Shown here in pieces: positions 59,595 through 64,000 of a DNA stretch of 64,000 nucleotides. How positions within the stretch are numbered: the stretch's first letter is position 1; each line of letters starts with the position of its first letter. Source of the stretch: an uncultured delta proteobacterium (GTDB taxonomy: Bacteria; Desulfobacterota; RBG-13-43-22); the NCBI GenBank assembly GCA_963790475.1, contig CAWBOS010000010.1:832001-896000 (forward strand). Direction: 5' to 3'. The notes below the pieces were generated by a model. It was not told the DNA's origin, ran no database searches, and saw nothing but the letters and a program-made list of their open reading frames with translations. The position numbers and the translations under genes were made by a program.

Positions 59595-60605
59595 CTATAT
59601 CCCTTTCTGCTCCATTAAATTGGCCAGGTCGGCCACCCGGCAGGAATAACCCCATTCATTATCATACCAGGTGACGATCTTGGCCATGTTTTTCTGCAAC
59701 ACCTGGGTGAACTCCAGGTCCACAATGGAGGAATGTTCATCGCCTTTGAAATCCATGGAGACCAGCGGTTCTTCCTCACAAGCCATAATTCCCTTTAAGG
59801 CCGATTGGGCGGCTTTTTTTAGTACCTCCCGAAGTTCCTCAGTCTGAGTCTCATTTTTCAGTTCCACGGTAAGGTCCACCACCGAGACGGTCGGGGTAGG
59901 GACCCGCAGGGAATAGCCGTCAAGGCGGCCGGCCAGGTCGGGAATAACCAAAGACAGTGCCCTGGCAGCGCCGGTGGTGGTGGGAATGATATTCTGTCCG
60001 GCGGCCCGGGCCCGGCGCAGATCCTTATGAGGCAGATCCAGGATACGCTGATCATTGGTATAGGAATGGATGGTAACCATCATACCTTTTTCGATGCCGA
60101 AGGCTTGATGGATGACCAGGGCCGGAGGGGCCAGACAGTTGGTAGTACAGGAGGCATTGGAAACAATATGATGTTTTTTAGCTTCATAAGCCCCCTGGTT
60201 GACTCCTAAAACCACCGTCAGGTCAACTTCCGTGGCCGGAGCGGAGATAATGACTTTTTTAGCCCCGGCCTCCAGGTGGGCCGCGGCTTTGGGGCCGCTG
60301 GTAAACAAACCCGTGCTTTCAATGACGATCTCCACTCCTTCTTCGTCCCAGGGAATAGCCGCCGGGTCACGATAGGCAAAGCACTTGATTGGCTTTTTGT
60401 TGATATAAAAAAGTTCCTTTTCAACAGTAATATCGCCCACGAATCTTCCATAGTTGGTGTCGTATTTGAAAAGATGGGCATTGGTTTCCGTATCAAAAAG
60501 ATCGTTAATGGCTACCACCTGCAGAGTTCTCGGATATTTTTCCAGAACGGCCTTCAATACTTGTCGTCCAATTCGGCCAAAACCATTTATCCCAAGGCGT
60601 ATCAT
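59595..60605 (-). CDS. gap: Type I glyceraldehyde-3-phosphate dehydrogenase
   Basis: [30 protein letters not shown]. Confidence 0.98.
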   Translation of the reverse strand: MIRLGINGFGRIGRQVLKAVLEKYPRTLQVVAINDLFDTETNAHLFKYDTNYGRFVGDITVEKELFYINKKPIKCFAYRDPAAIPWDEEGVEIVIESTGLFTSGPKAAAHLEAGAKKVIISAPATEVDLTVVLGVNQGAYEAKKHHIVSNASCTTNCLAPPALVIHQAFGIEKGMMVTIHSYTNDQRILDLPHKDLRRARAAGQNIIPTTTGAARALSLVIPDLAGRLDGYSLRVPTPTVSVVDLTVELKNETQTEELREVLKKAAQSALKGIMACEEEPLVSMDFKGDEHSSIVDLEFTQVLQKNMAKIVTWYDNEWGYSCRVADLANLMEQKGI

Positions 60606-60619
60606 CGGTTTTCTCCTTT

Positions 60620-61183
60620 CTAATTATCATCCAGACGGTATTTGGCGGCCGAAAGCAGGTCGCACTCGGTTTTGAGATTTTGATGAAGCCGGGCATTCTC
60701 AATAGCCAGGGTGCTTAAGCTGGCTACCGCCTCCAGGAATTGAATATCCTTATCACTGAATTCATGGACCTTTTCCGTATAGACTCTCATGACCCCGATG
60801 ACTTTTTTCCCGATCCCCATGGGAACCACCAAAACGGACCTGATCCCTTCTTCCCGAGCCCGTCCTCCATACTGGAAATTTTTATCGGTCTGAGCATCCT
60901 TAATATAAAAGGATTTACCTTTCAGGGCCTTGCGATCCAAACCGCTTTTTTCCACCAGGACCGGTCCTTTCCGGATATACCCATCGGACAAACCATAGGT
61001 GGCGGCCAGGAGCAACTTCTTCTTTCGACGGTCCAAGAGGCGCAAGGAACTGGCCTTGACCCCCATGGTTTCGGTTATACAACGGACAATTTCCGACAAA
61101 ACTTGGGGCAGTTCCAGAGTAGCGTTAATAACTTTGGCCACGTTGTACAGGGCCGCAAAATAATCCAATTTCTTTTTCTTCAT
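60620..61183 (-). CDS. Stand-alone GAF domain protein
   Basis: [17 protein letters not shown]...[14 protein letters not shown]. Confidence 0.88.
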   Translation of the reverse strand: MKKKKLDYFAALYNVAKVINATLELPQVLSEIVRCITETMGVKASSLRLLDRRKKKLLLAATYGLSDGYIRKGPVLVEKSGLDRKALKGKSFYIKDAQTDKNFQYGGRAREEGIRSVLVVPMGIGKKVIGVMRVYTEKVHEFSDKDIQFLEAVASLSTLAIENARLHQNLKTECDLLSAAKYRLDDN

Positions 61184-61412
61184 CCCTCTTCTCCTTTCAC
61201 CACTTGATACAAAAGATTCTTTATGACAGCTGTTTAGACCATTGTAATGGATGATGTTAAGAATTCAAGAAGATAATTTTGTCCATGGTCTAAATGAGTG
61301 ACGGAGAAGGGCTCCTGGAAGCCTTCAGGTTCTTTCCGGCGAATGCCCTTTCGGTGGATTATCTGATCGATGCCCCGTACTAAAAAAATTAACCTTTGTT
61401 TAGTTGATTTAG

Positions 61413-62089
61413 AAACCCCCGCCCTAAGGGCGGGGTCATGTGGACTGGCTATGCCGGTCCCGAATGGGCTTGGCTGAAAGCCCACCCACTGCTATTTTTT
61501 CCATCGAGTTGTTGCCGCAACATCGAAAGAAAGGAGATAGCAGTGAGTAGATTCCGAAAATTATCACATACCATATGGCATTGTCAGTATCATATTGTCT
61601 GGGTTCCGAAATATCGCTATCAGATATTGGCTGGGAACATCGGGGAAACGATGGCCAGCGGGATCCAAGCGATTTGCGGGTATGCGGGTTGTGAAGTTAA
61701 CGAGTTGAATGTTCAAAAGGATCATATTCATCTGGTAGCCATGGTTCCGCCCGAAGTATCGATATCGGACTTGATGGGGCGGGTCAAGGGTCAGACATCG
61801 ATGAAAATGTTTAACCAGTATCGGCAGTTGCGGAAGAAGCCGTATTGGGGTAATCATTTTTGGACCCCGGGGTATTGTGTGGATACCGTTGGAATGGATG
61901 AGGAACTGATCCGGAAGTATGTCCGGTATCAAGAGGAAAAAGAAAAACAGTTCGAACAATTGCACTTGAATTTGTAGATCATCCATAACGCGGCACAACT
62001 CGGAAGCCCTGCCTCCTCAGGGGGCAGGGCCATTGCCCCCCTATGGGGGGCCCAGTTAAAGCCACGCCCTATGGGCGTGGATTATTTAC
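61413..62089 (+). mobile_element. IS200/IS605-family element (tnpA only)
   Basis: Left hairpin CCCGCCCTAAGGGCGGG after TTTAG; right hairpins GCCCCCCTATGGGGGGC and CCACGCCCTATGGGCGTGG; ends TTTAC. Confidence 0.88.
61543..61977 (+). CDS. tnpA: IS200-family HUH (Y1) transposase
   Basis: YHIVWVPKYR, DHIH, FWTPGY, IRKYVRYQ; GTG start behind AGGAG. Confidence 0.95.
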   Translation: MSRFRKLSHTIWHCQYHIVWVPKYRYQILAGNIGETMASGIQAICGYAGCEVNELNVQKDHIHLVAMVPPEVSISDLMGRVKGQTSMKMFNQYRQLRKKPYWGNHFWTPGYCVDTVGMDEELIRKYVRYQEEKEKQFEQLHLNL

Positions 62090-64000
62090 GTGCGCCTGGC
62101 ATGATGCACTGGCCGACCTTCCAGGAATGAACCTGGAAGTAAAACATCCACCGTTACCGGACGGAAGGATAACGCCAACAAGGCAAGGGCATTCTCAGAA
62201 ATGAGGAGTCCGGAGGAAGCATGAGGCAGAATCTGTGTACGTAGCGAACAGCGAACCGACTATATGGCCGTGGGGAGGAGGTCGAGTTGACGTGACTAAA
62301 CGAGACCGGATATCCGGTGAACCGAACCGCTGTGAAGTTGGACGGGATACAGGGAGGTTGGTGTATCTTACCCAGGGAAGCCCTCCTGCACTGGAACCTA
62401 ATTGGCGTCAAGGATTTCATAAAACCGAACCGCGAAGGCGAACCCGAAGCGGGGTAGGGTGCAAAGGGTGGCAGATTCACGGGTAGTACTGAGGACTCAG
62501 GGCCGATGAAGCCTGGTAACAGAGCGAAGGATAAAACCCTGACGACCGGGAGAAGGAAAAGAAGGGAAGGAATCCGATAGAGAACCCACCGCTGGCGATG
62601 GTAAACAAACAACTTAAGGACCTATCCTGAAGCCTGGGCAGCCCAAAGATCGTCCTTGGGATGCGGGAAGCCGTGGACGAGAGGCGATGGAGACGACATT
62701 AGAGAGCCGACTTAGAGTTACGATGGTACAAGAAGGGACCAGAAAACCGAAGGGGGATGAACGAAACCCGCAAGAGGGTACCGGACGGGAAGAGACTTGG
62801 ACGGTCAACAGGCATCCGGTCCCCAGCCCAAAGGGCTGCTCGTAACCCGGCAATCTTTAATGGAAGAGCAAGTCACGGAGGAAGTTGGAAGTGAAGGTTA
62901 GGGAAGCACTGGAAAGGGTCTACGAACCGAGACGACTGCGGGAGGCATGGCACCAGATTAAACGAAACGCCGGAGCAGCGGGAATAGACCGGATGACGGT
63001 AGAGGAGTTCGAAAAGCGAGAAAGAGAGCTTTTGCAGCTCATCGGCGAGAAGCTGAAAGCGGGCACCTACCGTTTCAAACCTGCCAGAAGAGTTCTGATT
63101 CCCAAGGAAGGCAGTAATAAGATGCGTCCCCTTGGGATACCGGTGGTCATGGATCGAATAATCAGCCAGAGTATCAATTTGGTATTTGAGGGGTTGTTCG
63201 ACCCGGCTTTTACGAAGTCCAATTTTGGATTTCGTCGAGGCCACAGCCAGCATCAGGCGATTAGACATGTTCAGGGGATAGTGGAAGATGGATATGAATG
63301 GGCGGCATCGATAGACTTGAAGAGTTTCTTTGATGAAATCCCGCATGAACTGATATTAACACTTATACGGCGGAAGATAGCCGATGAGAGGCTGGTAACG
63401 CTGATTGCAAGAGCGTTAAGGGCCGGTATCGTTATTGATGGAGAATATCAGGAAACACCCAAGGGATGTCCACAAGGATCTCCGCTCTCCCCGATGCTAT
63501 CGAACATTGTTTTGAATGAACTGGACTGGGAATTGGAAAAGAGAGGGCACCGGTACGGTCGATGGGCTGATGACTTCCTGATTTTACTTAAATCAGAAAG
63601 AGCGGCTGAACGGATCATGGAGGGAATAACGGCGTACCTGGAAGGGAAGCTGGGACTTCCGGTTAACCGGGAAAAGAGCCAAGTAGCTCCGATTAAAGAC
63701 ATTCCTTTCCTGGGGTTTCAAATACTCAGGGGGAAAATCCGAGTCAGCGACAAGGCCCGGGTTAAATTTAAGAATAGGATACGAGAACTAACCCGGAGAA
63801 ACAATCCCTTATCTATGAACCAGGTGATCCAGGAACTCAATGAATACTTACGAGGGTGGATAGCCTACTTTCGGGTCCAAGAGTTTAGCAAACCATTAGT
63901 GGAACTCGATGGCTGGATTCGGAGTCGGCTCAGATCCATGCAACTAAAGAAATGGAAAAATCCCCGCAAATTTCAAAGGATGCTAAACCGGTCCGACTAT
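62090..64000 (+). mobile_element. Group II intron (IIC-like 5' end), truncated by the window edge
   Basis: Begins GTGCGCCTGGCATG; about 800 nt of purine-rich noncoding leader, then an RT ORF. Confidence 0.88.
62891..64000 (+). CDS. ltrA: Group II intron reverse transcriptase/maturase (partial)
   Basis: Manual translation: AW..IKRNAGAAGID, RVLIPK, RPLGIP..DR, NFGFR, IDLKSFFD, GCPQGSPLSP, RWADDF, FLGF, LRGWIAYF. Confidence 0.93.
   Translation, partial: MKVREALERVYEPRRLREAWHQIKRNAGAAGIDRMTVEEFEKRERELLQLIGEKLKAGTYRFKPARRVLIPKEGSNKMRPLGIPVVMDRIISQSINLVFEGLFDPAFTKSNFGFRRGHSQHQAIRHVQGIVEDGYEWAASIDLKSFFDEIPHELILTLIRRKIADERLVTLIARALRAGIVIDGEYQETPKGCPQGSPLSPMLSNIVLNELDWELEKRGHRYGRWADDFLILLKSERAAERIMEGITAYLEGKLGLPVNREKSQVAPIKDIPFLGFQILRGKIRVSDKARVKFKNRIRELTRRNNPLSMNQVIQELNEYLRGWIAYFRVQEFSKPLVELDGWIRSRLRSMQLKKWKNPRKFQRMLNRSDY

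Noticed and set aside
62891-64000. Retron, DGR or defence-associated RT
   Set aside because: The GTGCG 5' end, AGID N-terminal motif and maturase-type GW..YF region indicate a group II intron.
1-64000. tRNA, rRNA, prophage or integron integrase genes
   Set aside because: No cloverleaf, rRNA-like tract, phage structural gene or tyrosine recombinase ORF was recognised.

Overview
64 kb of bacterial chromosome. The gene set (glycyl-radical enzyme, W-type AOR, rubrerythrin, PEP-synthase-like protein) points to an anaerobe, most plausibly Desulfobacterota/deltaproteobacterial; this is inferred. Core and metabolic blocks: a glycyl-radical enzyme operon with non-canonical active-site motifs (1-4023), a liv-type ABC transporter plus amidohydrolase, polA, a xanthine-dehydrogenase-family operon followed by Fe-ADH and AOR (the two promoters share an 18-bp palindrome), a redox-stress cluster and gap. 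Two mosaic accessory tracts lie between them. About 4.2-21.4 kb holds HigBA, a complete type II CBASS, small co-oriented genes separated by degenerate attC-like sites, many gene fragments and an XRE-ImmA/PIN pair. About 42.9-59.5 kb holds a triplicated small-gene module, a PIN TA pair, a bulb-type lectin and pseudogenes. The window ends with an IS200-type element and a group II intron inserted at its right end. Best candidates for something new: (i) a 28-bp 11-6-11 site repeated three times at the heads of cassette-like tracts, which also reads as a near-consensus sigma70 promoter; (ii) integrase-less cassette remnants, one with covarying GTC/GAC core sites; (iii) the unusual glycyl-radical operon; (iv) a CD-NTase with a C-terminal extension past its conjugation motif. 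No rRNA, tRNA or CRISPR array was seen.
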